From NCBI GenBank assembly GCA_045633625.1, contig JAZQYP010000016.1, positions 6,059 through 70,058 of the forward strand: a stretch of DNA of 64,000 nucleotides, given 5' to 3'. Below, one piece after another: positions 18,091-27,549 of this stretch. Positions within the stretch are counted from its first letter, which is position 1. The number at the start of each line of letters is the position of its first letter. The position numbers and the translations under genes are program-made. The notes under the pieces were generated by a model. That model did no database searches, had not been told where the DNA came from, and saw nothing but the letters and a program-made list of their open reading frames with translations. Source of the DNA: Eubacteriales bacterium (GTDB taxonomy: Bacteria; Bacillota; Clostridia; Oscillospirales; CAG-272).

Positions 18091-19929
18091 ATGGGAAAAT
18101 CAAACAGAATCAGAACACAAAGAGCTGAGAAGGTTGTAAATACCTCTCAGGTAACCAAAGAGAAGAAGGGCGTGCCTTCCTGGCTCTACCCTCTTATCGC
18201 TATCGTAGTAATGGTTGGCGTTATTTTCGGCGTTGCCACGACCTTCCTTTCCTCGAGCGGAATCATCTTCAGAAGCCAGAAGGCTATAAAGTCCGAGAAC
18301 TATGCTATCTCGGGAACAGTCCTTCAGTATATGTTCTTCGAGCAGTACAACGCTTTTGTATCGGAAAATCAGAATTACCTTTCCTTGTACGGCCTTGACA
18401 CTGCTCACGGCCTCGAGGAGCAGAAGTACACCCTTGACGACTCTACAGAGAATACCATAGACACTTGGTATGACTACTTTATGGAGGCAACTGTTAAACA
18501 GGCAAACGAGATCCTCATATACTGTGAAGAGGCAGATAAGAGAGGCATCAAGCTTGAGGACGCCGACAAGGCCTCTATTGACTCCACTATATCTCAGATA
18601 GAGATCATGGTCTCCTACTACAATATGCTTGGCTACGGCTACACGATAGACAGCTACATATCCACTATGTACGGTGAGGGCATCAAGGAAAAGGACATCA
18701 GAAATTACCTTGAGCTTTACACACTTGCAACAAAGTGTGCAGGCATTGTAGGCGAGGAGCTTCTCGATGCTATCACTGCTGACAGAATCAACGCAGAGTA
18801 CGATGCTAACCCCAACAACTACAACGTAGTAGATTACGACGTATTCTCCGTCAGAGTTTCCTACAGTGACATTCAGAAGGAGTTTTATCCTAACAGCACA
18901 ACTCTGACCGACACCGAGAAGGAGCTCGTACTTAAGGAGTACACGGCAAGAGTTCTTCAGGCTGAGCTTGACAAGAGCGAGTTCTCGGCTATCAGCGACG
19001 TAGCAGAGTTTGAGACAAAGCTTCTCACAAATACCATAGACAGAAACTTCAATAAGCTTTACAACAAAGAGGCTCTTGCAGATGCAGACAAGATATCTGA
19101 GGACGCTCTCCTTGCAATAAGATCCGCTATGACCGTTAAGCTCCTTGCAGAGGTATTTGCCGGGGAAAAGACCGCAGCTGACGACACAACCGAGGCTGAC
19201 GGCAAGTTCTATGCATACGATCAGCAGATCACAGAAAATGCTGCAAAGGCAATCGACAGCATCAAGACATCTCTGTTCACAACTCTTACCAGCCTTAAGG
19301 CTTCCTCCTTCATCGAGGACGCTAACTACTCCGAGACAAGCGATGCTTCGAAGTGGGCATTTGAGACAACCGCAGCAGGCTCGGTTAAGATAGAGTCGAG
19401 CGGAGACGCTTCGGTCGACGGAGTTGTTGAGAATAAGGAAGGCTTCTATTCTGCATCCGTTTATATCCTCAAGACACCCGCTCACCGCGACGAGACCGTC
19501 TCGAAGAACGTATATTACATGACCTTCACGACCGAGGATGCTGCAAAGGCTGCTATCGAGGTCCTCAAGGGCTTTGAGAAGGTAGACACAGATTCCTTCT
19601 CGTCTGTAGCTACTGCAACGCAGGCAACTGATTCCGGCAGCTTTGAGAGCTATCTTAAGGGTGGCACACCCTACACCGAGCTTGACAAGTGGCTCTTTGA
19701 TGACAATGCCCCTAAGGGCAGCTACACAGAGACTCCTCTTCTCCTCAGCGAGGCGGAGGATTCCAAGCTTTACGGTGTATTCTTCTACGATATGCCCTCC
19801 GATACAGCTTGGTATCTCGCAGTAAAGAGCGCTATCTACGGAACAGACGCTGACGCGAAGTACGAAGAGCTTCTCGAGACATATCCCGTTACTGTAAACG
19901 AAAAGGTAACAGACAAGATTTCCGCGTAA
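18091..19929 (+). CDS. Membrane-anchored hypothetical protein (single N-terminal TM helix, large extracytoplasmic domain)
   Basis: This 612-aa ORF has normal amino-acid composition. The N-terminus is basic and is followed by the TM helix WLYPLIAIVVMVGVIFGVATTFL. The equally long antisense ORF (18100..19950) is Cys/Leu/Val-rich and judged spurious. Confidence 0.75.
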   Translation: MGKSNRIRTQRAEKVVNTSQVTKEKKGVPSWLYPLIAIVVMVGVIFGVATTFLSSSGIIFRSQKAIKSENYAISGTVLQYMFFEQYNAFVSENQNYLSLYGLDTAHGLEEQKYTLDDSTENTIDTWYDYFMEATVKQANEILIYCEEADKRGIKLEDADKASIDSTISQIEIMVSYYNMLGYGYTIDSYISTMYGEGIKEKDIRNYLELYTLATKCAGIVGEELLDAITADRINAEYDANPNNYNVVDYDVFSVRVSYSDIQKEFYPNSTTLTDTEKELVLKEYTARVLQAELDKSEFSAISDVAEFETKLLTNTIDRNFNKLYNKEALADADKISEDALLAIRSAMTVKLLAEVFAGEKTAADDTTEADGKFYAYDQQITENAAKAIDSIKTSLFTTLTSLKASSFIEDANYSETSDASKWAFETTAAGSVKIESSGDASVDGVVENKEGFYSASVYILKTPAHRDETVSKNVYYMTFTTEDAAKAAIEVLKGFEKVDTDSFSSVATATQATDSGSFESYLKGGTPYTELDKWLFDDNAPKGSYTETPLLLSEAEDSKLYGVFFYDMPSDTAWYLAVKSAIYGTDADAKYEELLETYPVTVNEKVTDKISA

Positions 19930-19936
19930 ATTATTT

Positions 19937-19968
19937 AGGGGTGTTGCCATGCAGCACCCCTGTTTTGT
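19937..19968 (+). terminator. Possible rho-independent terminator or attenuator after 18091..19929
   Basis: The hairpin is aggggtgttgc / gcagcacccct, followed by gttttgtg. Confidence 0.45.
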
Positions 19969-19979
19969 GAGGTATTATT

Positions 19980-20624
19980 ATGGTTCTTGATCCAAAAGAA
20001 ACTACCCTTGCCTACAGATGCCCCCATTGCGGTGCGGGCGTCATGAGCGTGGTGGGACTTTTCTCACTCACGGCAGATATGCTTAAGCTCAAGTGTGACT
20101 GTGGCAAAAGCGAGCTCACTCTCGTTTATTCGGACGGTAAGGTAAGGCTCACCGTTCCCTGCCTGTTTTGCCCGAATCCGCATACCTTTACACTTAATTC
20201 GTCGGTGTTTTTTGGCAAGGAGCTTTTTGCTCTTCCGTGCCCTTACTCTGACATTAACATCGCTATGACGGGCGACGTAAACAACGTAAAGGCAGAGCTT
20301 GCGCGCGGCGAGCTCCAGCTTCTCGAAATGCTTGAGGAAAACGGAATCGACAGCCTTGAGGCGTTTCACGCCAAGGAGGAGGTCTTCACAGATCCGCAGA
20401 TATTCGATATAATAATGTTCGTTCTTTCAGAGCTTGATGCCGAGGGAAAGATATATTGCAAGTGCAAGAACGATGGAAATGACGAGGGCGAATTTGAAGC
20501 CGAGGTCGAGGACACGGGTGTGAGAGTCAGCTGCAAAAAATGCGGCGCATCAAGACTTATCCCCACAGACACGCTTCTTGCCGCAAACGCATTCCTTAAT
20601 GCAGACAGCTTGTATTTAGAATAA
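19980..20624 (+). CDS. Hypothetical protein with several CxxC zinc-ribbon-like motifs
   Basis: This 214-aa ORF contains CPHCGAG, KCDCGKS, CLFCPNPH and CKKCGAS. Confidence 0.7.
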   Translation: MVLDPKETTLAYRCPHCGAGVMSVVGLFSLTADMLKLKCDCGKSELTLVYSDGKVRLTVPCLFCPNPHTFTLNSSVFFGKELFALPCPYSDINIAMTGDVNNVKAELARGELQLLEMLEENGIDSLEAFHAKEEVFTDPQIFDIIMFVLSELDAEGKIYCKCKNDGNDEGEFEAEVEDTGVRVSCKKCGASRLIPTDTLLAANAFLNADSLYLE

Positions 20625-20708
20625 ATAATTTTTCAAAAACACTTGACAAGCGCATGAATATGTATTATAATATGTATCGTCGCTTTTTATGTCAAGACGG
20701 AGGTAGAT

Positions 20709-21221
20709 ATGATAATCGATGTCAGTCCGATGCTCAGAGGCGAGGTAGCAAGGATAGAAATTGACTACATGCTTGAGGCTGAACCGCTTTGGGGAGTCGA
20801 GTTCCCCGAGAAGGCACACGTCACAGGGCAGCTCACAGACAATGCAGGTTATATGCGTCTGACCCTTAAGACAGAAATAGCATACGAGGGCGAATGCGCA
20901 AGATGTCTTGCTCCCGTAAACGGAGTTTTCTCTCTTGACTTTGAGCGCACGGTAGCACCCGAGGGCGTGCTTACCGACGAGCAGATAGAGGACAACGTAG
21001 ACGAATACGTGATCCTTAGCGGCAAGGAGCTCGACGTTGACGAGCAGCTTCGCGAGGAGCTCGTTCTTTCCTTCCCTCAAAAGCTTTTGTGCGATGAAGA
21101 TTGCGAAGGACTTTGTCCTAAGTGCGGCAAGCGCCGTGCTGACGGCCCCTGCGACTGTCCCACAAAGGAAATTGACCCGAGGCTTCTGGTCCTCAAAAAC
21201 TTTTTTAACGAAGAAAAATAA
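20709..21221 (+). CDS. yceD: YceD/DUF177 family protein
   Basis: This 170-aa ORF carries the C-terminal Cys cluster CDEDCEGLCPKCGKRRADGPCDC. It lies immediately upstream of rpmF, which is the conserved arrangement. Confidence 0.85.
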   Translation: MIIDVSPMLRGEVARIEIDYMLEAEPLWGVEFPEKAHVTGQLTDNAGYMRLTLKTEIAYEGECARCLAPVNGVFSLDFERTVAPEGVLTDEQIEDNVDEYVILSGKELDVDEQLREELVLSFPQKLLCDEDCEGLCPKCGKRRADGPCDCPTKEIDPRLLVLKNFFNEEK

Positions 21222-21271
21222 TAAAAAAATATAAACGTAAGTTGTGTTAAACGCTTCAAGGAGGTGTAATT

Positions 21272-21457
21272 ATGGCAGTACCGAAGAGAAAAGTATCAAA
21301 GGCTCGCAGAGACAAGAGACGTTCGAGCACATGGAAGCTCAGCCTTCCCGGCATGAACAAGTGCCCCAAGTGCGGTGAGTTCGTTCTTAACCACCGTGTA
21401 TGCAAGGCATGCGGCTACTATGACGGCAAGGAAGTTGTCAAGGTAGAGAATAACTAA
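21272..21457 (+). CDS. rpmF: 50S ribosomal protein L32
   Basis: The sequence is [18 protein letters not shown]...[20 protein letters not shown]. Confidence 0.95.
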   Translation: MAVPKRKVSKARRDKRRSSTWKLSLPGMNKCPKCGEFVLNHRVCKACGYYDGKEVVKVENN

Positions 21458-21531
21458 TTAAGAATATTACAGGATAACGGCATTTGTGAGGACACTCGCT
21501 TTATGCCGTTTTCTGTTTATTTGAGGTAAAA

Positions 21532-22155
21532 ATGAAAAAAATTTTGATTTTACTTATTGCAGTGCTCTTGTTGTTATCGCTCATCTCTTGCAATAAAGAG
21601 GATAACGACAACGTAGATTACGTCGAGCCGCCAAAATATGAGCTCACCGAGCTATCAGATGCCGTTGATCTTCCCGAATACAAGGAGCTCACCGTCACGC
21701 AAAAGGCGGGAGAGGGCCGCGGAGACGCCGTATGGAGAGTGGTGCTTGAGGGTAGCGAGATCATAAAATACCCCGACTCCTTCCTTTCATACTATAAAAG
21801 TCAAACACTAAAAAAATATAAGATCATGGCAAGCGACGCGGATATGAGCTATCTTGACCTGCTAGAGACGCTTGATATGACCGAGTCGGACGTTGAGAAC
21901 GAGGCAACCGAGCTTGCGAAAGCCGAGCTTGTGATGCTTGCGCTCATAGAAAAGGAAGGCATCGAGCTCACAGAGGACGAAAAAACGCGACTCTTTGACA
22001 GGTACGCCGAGAAAATAGCGGCGGAAATAGGTAAAGACGCATCATACGTCAAGAAAAACCTCGCGAACGAGATCTATGACACTATGCTTCGCGACAAAAT
22101 GATAGAATTTCTTATAACTCAAAATACTTTTATTTCGGAGAATGAAAATGACTAA
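21532..22155 (+). CDS. Hypothetical lipoprotein
   Basis: The signal peptide and lipobox read MKKILILLIAVLLLLSLISC. The ORF is 207 aa. Confidence 0.7.
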   Translation: MKKILILLIAVLLLLSLISCNKEDNDNVDYVEPPKYELTELSDAVDLPEYKELTVTQKAGEGRGDAVWRVVLEGSEIIKYPDSFLSYYKSQTLKKYKIMASDADMSYLDLLETLDMTESDVENEATELAKAELVMLALIEKEGIELTEDEKTRLFDRYAEKIAAEIGKDASYVKKNLANEIYDTMLRDKMIEFLITQNTFISENEND

Positions 22156-22588
22156 GGTTAACATAAAAAAGCTGAGTGACAAAGCAATAGTTCCTACATA
22201 CGGCTCGGAATTTTCAGCAGGAGCCGATCTCTATGCGTGCATCGACGAGCCCATCACCATTGAGGCGGGCAAGACCGTGCTTGTGCATACGGGAATTGCT
22301 ATGGAGATACCCGTAGGATACGTCGGTCTTGTTTTTGCGCGTAGCGGACTTGCTTCAAAAAAGGGACTTGCACCTGCAAATAAGGTGGGTGTAATTGATG
22401 CCGATTACAGAGGCGAGATAATGGTAGCACTGCACAATCATTCGGATGAATCACGCACCATCGAGGCGGGCGAGAGAGTGGCGCAGATCGCGCTCCTTCC
22501 CTTCCTTGCGGCTGATTTTGACGTTGTCGACGAGCTCTCTGACACTGCTCGCGGCACAGGTGGCTTTGGAAGCACGGGAAGAAAATAA
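22148..22588 (+). CDS. dut: dUTP diphosphatase
   Basis: dUTPase motifs are present: SAGADLYA, ARSGLA, GVIDADYRGE and RGTGGFGSTG. I prefer the ATG at 22148, which lies 7 nt after GGAG. Confidence 0.95.
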   Translation: MTKVNIKKLSDKAIVPTYGSEFSAGADLYACIDEPITIEAGKTVLVHTGIAMEIPVGYVGLVFARSGLASKKGLAPANKVGVIDADYRGEIMVALHNHSDESRTIEAGERVAQIALLPFLAADFDVVDELSDTARGTGGFGSTGRK

Positions 22589-22603
22589 TGAGAGAGATAT
22601 GCA

Positions 22604-22634
22604 GGGGAGCTTTTTCTGAAAAGTTCCCCTTTTT
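22604..22634 (+). terminator. Rho-independent terminator after dut
   Basis: The stem ggggagctttt / aaaagttcccc has loop tctg and is followed by ttttt. Confidence 0.65.
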
Positions 22635-22872
22635 AGTAAGATGAAATTTCATGATCGTTACCTTATCGGTCAACGCGCAAAGACACACTTTTGCCAAAAA
22701 GCCAATAAAATCCAAAAAAATTGAAGAAAAAGACGATTTTCTCTCTAATTCCCTCAAAAAATTTTATTAAATACTCTTTACATTTCGGTAAGTTTGTGAT
22801 ATCATTAACAATGGTGCATTTTGGTTTATACAATAAAATAATATAATATAAAAAAATCGGAGGAAAACAAAC

Positions 22873-25800
22873 ATGGCAATTACAAGACAAAAGGTTTCCA
22901 TGGACGGTAACACAGCCGCTGCGCACGTCTCGTACGCATTCACTGAGGTTGCCGCAATCTACCCCATCACACCCTCCAGCCCTATGGCTGAGACAACAGA
23001 CGCTTGGTCTGCCGTTGACAAGAACATTCTCGGCAAGCCCGCTCGTAACATTTTTGGCGAGAGAGTAAGCGTTGTTGAGATGCAGTCCGAGGCAGGTGCA
23101 GCAGGTGCCGTTCACGGCTCTCTCGCAGCAGGTGCTCTCACGACTACATACACCGCATCGCAGGGTCTTCTTCTTATGATCCCTAACATGTACAAGATCG
23201 CAGGTGAGCTTCTCCCCAGCGTAATCCACGTTTCCGCTCGTTGCGTAGCAACACACGCTCTTAACATCTTCGGTGACCACTCCGACGTTTATGCATGCCG
23301 TCAGACAGGTTACGCTATGATGGCTGAGACAAACCAGCAGGAGATCATGGACCTCGGCGCAGTTGCACACCTTGCAACAATCAAGGGCAGAGTTCCCGTT
23401 CTTAACTTCTTCGACGGCTTCCGTACCTCCCACGAGGTTCAGAAGATCGAGGCTTGGGACGTAGAGGATCTCAAGGATATGGTTGACTGGGATGCAGTTA
23501 ACGCTTTCCGCGCTCGCTCCATCAACCCCGAGCATCCCGTACTCCGCGGATCTGCAGAGAACGGCGATATCTTCTTCCAGCACAGAGAAGCATGTAACCC
23601 CTACTACGATGCATTCCCCGCAATCGTTGAGGAGTACATGGACAAGGTAAACGCAAAGCTCGGCACAAACTACAAGCTCTTTAACTACTACGGCGCTCCC
23701 GACGCAGACCGCGTACTCGTTGCTATGGGTTCGGTTTGTGACGTTGCTGAGGAAGTTATCGACTATATGAACGCTCACGGTGAGAAGGTTGGTCTTATCA
23801 AGGTAAGACTTTACCGCCCCTTCAGAGCAGACAAGCTCATCGAGGCTATTCCCGCTACCGTTAAGGCTATCGGCGTTCTTGACAGAACCAAGGAGCCCGG
23901 CGCACTTGGCGAGCCCCTCTACCTCGACGTTGTTACCGCTCTTGCTACAGCTGGCAAGGCAGGCATCAAGGTTGTTGGCGGACGTTACGGTCTCGGTTCT
24001 AAGGACACTCCTCCCGCATCCATCTTCGCAGCATTTGAGAACCTCTCTGCAGAGGCTCCCAAGCACGGCTTTACTCTCGGTATCGTAGACGACGTAACAG
24101 GTCACTCCCTCGAGGAGAAGGACTGCCCCGATACAGCAGCAGAGGGTACAGTTTCCTGCAAGTTCTGGGGTCTTGGCGGCGACGGAACAGTTGGTGCAAA
24201 CAAGAACTCCATCAAGATCATTGGTGACCACACCGACAAGTTCATTCAGGCTTACTTCCAGTATGACTCGAAGAAGACTTCCGGTATCACAATCTCCCAC
24301 CTCCGCTTCGGTGACAAGCCCATCAAGAGCCCCTACTACATCAACAAGGCTAACTTCGTAGCTTGCCACAACAAGTCCTACCTCAAGAAGTACGACATGG
24401 TTCAGGACGTTAAGCCCGGTGGTACATTCCTTCTCGACTGCAACTGGTCGGTAGAGGAGCTTGATGCAAATCTTCCCGCAGCAGTAAAGCAGCACATCGC
24501 AAAGAACAACGTAAACTTCTACATTATCGACGGTACAGGTATCGCTATCAACCGCATCGGTAACGCAAAGGTTAAGAATACAGTTCTTCAGTCCGCATTC
24601 TTCTCTCTCGCTGGCATTCTTCCTAAGGATGAGGCTATCGAGTACATGAAGAAGATGGCTTACAAGTCCTACATCAAGAAGGGTCAGGCTATCGTTGACC
24701 TCAACTATGCAGCTATCGACGCAGGCGCTGACGCTTACGTTAAGGTAGACGTTCCTGCAGCATGGGCTAACTGCGAGGCAGACGCTCCCGCAGAGGCAGC
24801 AACAGGCACACGTCAGAACCTTGTTGACTTCGTTAACAACGTTGCAACGCCCGTTGGCGCTATGAAGGGTGACTCCCTCCCTGTTTCCGCATTCGCAAAT
24901 ATGCCTGACGGTACATTCCCCCAGGGATCTTCCGCATACGAGAAGAGAGGCGTTGCAGTTTCTGTTCCTCAGTGGAACCCCGAGCACTGTATCCAGTGTA
25001 ACAACTGTGCATTTGTATGTCCTCACGCTTGTATCCGTCCCTTCGCTATGACCGAGGAGGAGGCTGCAAACGCTCCTGAGGCTACAAAGTTCACAGCTAA
25101 GCCCGTTCTTAAGACAAACTACAAGTTCACAATGTCGGTATCTCCCGCTGACTGTATGGGATGTACTCTTTGTGTAAAGGCTTGTCCCGTTAACAACAAT
25201 CCCAAGCTCGGAACCGCTATCGAGATGGTTCCCGCAGCTACTCAGGCTGATCAGCAGGAGCCTTGGAACTATGCAGTTGCAAACGTGTCCGAGAAGCCCG
25301 AGCTTATCAACGCTACAATCAAGGGCAGCCAGTTCAAGCAGCCCCTTCTCGAGTTCTCGGGCTCCTGCGCAGGATGTGCTGAGACCTCTTACGCTCGTCT
25401 TATCACACAGCTCTTCGGTGAGAGAATGTACATCTCGAACGCTACAGGTTGTTCGTCCATCTGGGGCGGCTCCGCACCCGCTACTCCTTACACTGTAAAC
25501 AAGGAAAGCGGCAAGGGTCCCGCTTGGGCTAACTCCCTCTTCGAGGACAACGCTGAGCACGGTCTCGGTATGGCTCTCGGTCAGAAGGCTATCCGTGAGA
25601 AGCTCATCAGAAAGGTTAAGGCTCTTGAGACTCCCTGCGAGAAGTGCGCAGAGATCGTTAAGAACTACCTTGACACAGTAAACGACGGTAAGGCAAACGG
25701 CCCTGCAACCGACGCTCTCGTTGCTCTCCTTGAGGAGTGGGCAGCTAAGGGATGTGAGGATGCAAAGGCAATCCTTGCTGAGAAGGACTACCTCGCTAAG

Positions 25801-26445
25801 AAGTCCGTATGGATCTTCGGTGGTGACGGTTGGGCATACGATATCGGATTTGGCGGTCTTGACCACGTACTTGCTTCGGGCGAGGACGTAAACATCATGG
25901 TATTCGATACCGAGGTTTACTCCAACACCGGTGGACAGGCATCTAAGGCTTCCCAGATCGGTCAGGTTGCTCAGTTCGCAGCAGCAGGTAAGGCAATCGG
26001 CAAGAAGGATCTTGCACAGATCGCTATGTCCTACGGCTACGTTTACGTTGCACAGGTTGCTATGGGCGCTGATATGAACCAGCTCCTCAAGGCTCTTACA
26101 GAGGCTGAGGCATACAACGGTCCTTCCATCATCATCGGTTATGCTCCTTGTGAGATGCACGGTGTTAAGGGCGGAATGCAGAACTGCCAGCTCGAGATGA
26201 AGAAGGCAGTTGACGCTGGTTACTGGCAGATGTTCAGATACAACCCCACAGCAGAGGCTAACAAGCTTACTATCGACTCTAAGGAGCCCACAGCAAGCTA
26301 CGTTGAGTTCATCGAGTCCGAGACACGTTACGCTCGTCTTAAGCAGTCCTTCCCCGAGAAGGCAGCAGAGCTCTTCGCTAAGGGTGAGGAGAACGCAAAG
26401 GCTAAGTACGAGAGACTCCAGAAGCTCGGAAAGCTTTACGAGTAA
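22873..26445 (+). CDS. nifJ: Pyruvate:ferredoxin (flavodoxin) oxidoreductase
   Basis: This 1190-aa single-chain PFOR starts MDGNTAAAHVSYAFTEVAAIYPITPSS. It has two 4Fe-4S ferredoxin motifs (CIQCNNCAFVCPH, CMGCTLCVKACP) and the TPP-binding GGDGWAYDIGFGG. Confidence 0.97.
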   Translation: MAITRQKVSMDGNTAAAHVSYAFTEVAAIYPITPSSPMAETTDAWSAVDKNILGKPARNIFGERVSVVEMQSEAGAAGAVHGSLAAGALTTTYTASQGLLLMIPNMYKIAGELLPSVIHVSARCVATHALNIFGDHSDVYACRQTGYAMMAETNQQEIMDLGAVAHLATIKGRVPVLNFFDGFRTSHEVQKIEAWDVEDLKDMVDWDAVNAFRARSINPEHPVLRGSAENGDIFFQHREACNPYYDAFPAIVEEYMDKVNAKLGTNYKLFNYYGAPDADRVLVAMGSVCDVAEEVIDYMNAHGEKVGLIKVRLYRPFRADKLIEAIPATVKAIGVLDRTKEPGALGEPLYLDVVTALATAGKAGIKVVGGRYGLGSKDTPPASIFAAFENLSAEAPKHGFTLGIVDDVTGHSLEEKDCPDTAAEGTVSCKFWGLGGDGTVGANKNSIKIIGDHTDKFIQAYFQYDSKKTSGITISHLRFGDKPIKSPYYINKANFVACHNKSYLKKYDMVQDVKPGGTFLLDCNWSVEELDANLPAAVKQHIAKNNVNFYIIDGTGIAINRIGNAKVKNTVLQSAFFSLAGILPKDEAIEYMKKMAYKSYIKKGQAIVDLNYAAIDAGADAYVKVDVPAAWANCEADAPAEAATGTRQNLVDFVNNVATPVGAMKGDSLPVSAFANMPDGTFPQGSSAYEKRGVAVSVPQWNPEHCIQCNNCAFVCPHACIRPFAMTEEEAANAPEATKFTAKPVLKTNYKFTMSVSPADCMGCTLCVKACPVNNNPKLGTAIEMVPAATQADQQEPWNYAVANVSEKPELINATIKGSQFKQPLLEFSGSCAGCAETSYARLITQLFGERMYISNATGCSSIWGGSAPATPYTVNKESGKGPAWANSLFEDNAEHGLGMALGQKAIREKLIRKVKALETPCEKCAEIVKNYLDTVNDGKANGPATDALVALLEEWAAKGCEDAKAILAEKDYLAKKSVWIFGGDGWAYDIGFGGLDHVLASGEDVNIMVFDTEVYSNTGGQASKASQIGQVAQFAAAGKAIGKKDLAQIAMSYGYVYVAQVAMGADMNQLLKALTEAEAYNGPSIIIGYAPCEMHGVKGGMQNCQLEMKKAVDAGYWQMFRYNPTAEANKLTIDSKEPTASYVEFIESETRYARLKQSFPEKAAELFAKGEENAKAKYERLQKLGKLYE

Positions 26446-26469
26446 GATAATCTTACAAAATAATTTTTA

Positions 26470-26499
26470 CGAACCCCTCGTTTGAGGGGTTCGTTTTTT
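26470..26499 (+). terminator. Rho-independent terminator after nifJ
   Basis: The stem cgaacccctc / gaggggttcg has a 4-nt loop and is followed by tttttt. Confidence 0.8.
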
Positions 26500-26558
26500 C
26501 TTGACTTCCCTCTCGACGCGTGATATAATCAAGACATAAAGATAAAGGAGACGTGAAT

Positions 26559-27401
26559 ATGTTACATCACCCTATGATAGAAACCTTCATCCTTGAAGAA
26601 AACGATAAGAAAAATATAACCCTCACCGCTTACGTGGCAAGCGCTATGGGAGAGCTTCCCTACAACTATAAAAGACCCGGTGTTATCATTTGTCCCGGCG
26701 GTGCGTACAGAGGCACGTCAAACCGCGAGGCAGAGCCTATTGCCGTGTCATTTCTTGCCGCGGGCATCAATGCCTTTGTGCTTGACTACTCGACAAGGTA
26801 CGAGGACGAGGAGGGCAAGCTCTTCCCCGGTCAGCTTATCGAGCTTGCAACGGCTATGAAATTCGTAAAGGACAATGCCGAGAAATTCTCGGTTGACCCC
26901 GACAAGACATTCGTCAACGGCTACTCGGCGGGTGGTCATCTTGCCGCGTGTCTCGGAACGCTCCATAGCTCGTCCTACGTCAAGGACGCGCTCGGCGTCA
27001 GTGATAACGAGCTTCGCCCCGCGGGAATGATACTTGCCTACCCCGTTATAACCGAGGGAGTCCACGCGCACAAGCTCTCTTTCAAGATAATTCTCGGCGA
27101 CAAGGTTGACGATCCCGAAGCACGCCGCACCGTCTCTCTTGAGCATCAGGTAACGAAGGATACATGCCCCGCGTTCATTTGGCACACGCGCACCGACAGC
27201 GGTGTTCCCGTGCAGAATTCTCTCCTTCTCGCATCCTCCCTTGCTGATAACGGCATTCCCTTTGAGCTGCACGTCTATCCCGTAGGCCCTCACGGAATGA
27301 GCCTTGCGACCGACGTTGTGAATACAAACCACATAAGCTTCATCGACTCGCACGTCGCAGAGTGGTTTGGCGCGGCGGTCAAGTGGATGAAGCAAATATA
27401 A
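26559..27401 (+). CDS. Alpha/beta hydrolase (esterase/lipase fold)
   Basis: The oxyanion-region motif PGGAY and the nucleophile elbow GYSAGGHLA are present. The ATG at 26559 lies 8 nt after GGAG. Confidence 0.85.
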   Translation: MLHHPMIETFILEENDKKNITLTAYVASAMGELPYNYKRPGVIICPGGAYRGTSNREAEPIAVSFLAAGINAFVLDYSTRYEDEEGKLFPGQLIELATAMKFVKDNAEKFSVDPDKTFVNGYSAGGHLAACLGTLHSSSYVKDALGVSDNELRPAGMILAYPVITEGVHAHKLSFKIILGDKVDDPEARRTVSLEHQVTKDTCPAFIWHTRTDSGVPVQNSLLLASSLADNGIPFELHVYPVGPHGMSLATDVVNTNHISFIDSHVAEWFGAAVKWMKQI

Positions 27402-27404
27402 ATC

Positions 27405-27433
27405 AAAAAAAGCAGGCAGTTGCCTGCTTTTTT
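27405..27433 (+). terminator. Rho-independent terminator
   Basis: The sequence aaaaaagcaggcagttgcctgctttttt is a GC stem flanked by an A-run and a T-run. Confidence 0.7.
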
Positions 27434-27549
27434 ATTATAATATGAAGAAAAAGTCGCTCCAAATCATTGACAATTATTTTTCCTTGTGCTATACTACCTA
27501 TGTATGTAAATAAAATGGATAACTATATAAAGAAAGGAATTGTACTCTA

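Noticed and set aside
18100-19950. A 616-aa minus-strand ORF mirroring 18091..19929
   Set aside because: The + strand product has a normal composition, a TM anchor and an SD. The minus-strand product is Cys/Leu/Val-rich low-information sequence. This is the same codon-bias artefact as in nifJ.
22663-26160. A 1165-aa ORF on the minus strand, completely inside nifJ
   Set aside because: It is antisense to an unambiguous PFOR gene. The product is extremely rich in Cys, Val, Leu and Ser, and it has no start context. Long antisense ORFs are expected here because the sense genes rarely use the TTA, CTA and TCA codons that would create stops in the matching antisense frame.
27434-27549. Possible T-box or other riboswitch leaders upstream of ileS (and upstream of the PRT-aspS operon, 58219-58330)
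   Set aside because: The leaders are too short and AT-rich. I found no specifier-loop/T-box sequence or terminator-antiterminator alternative.
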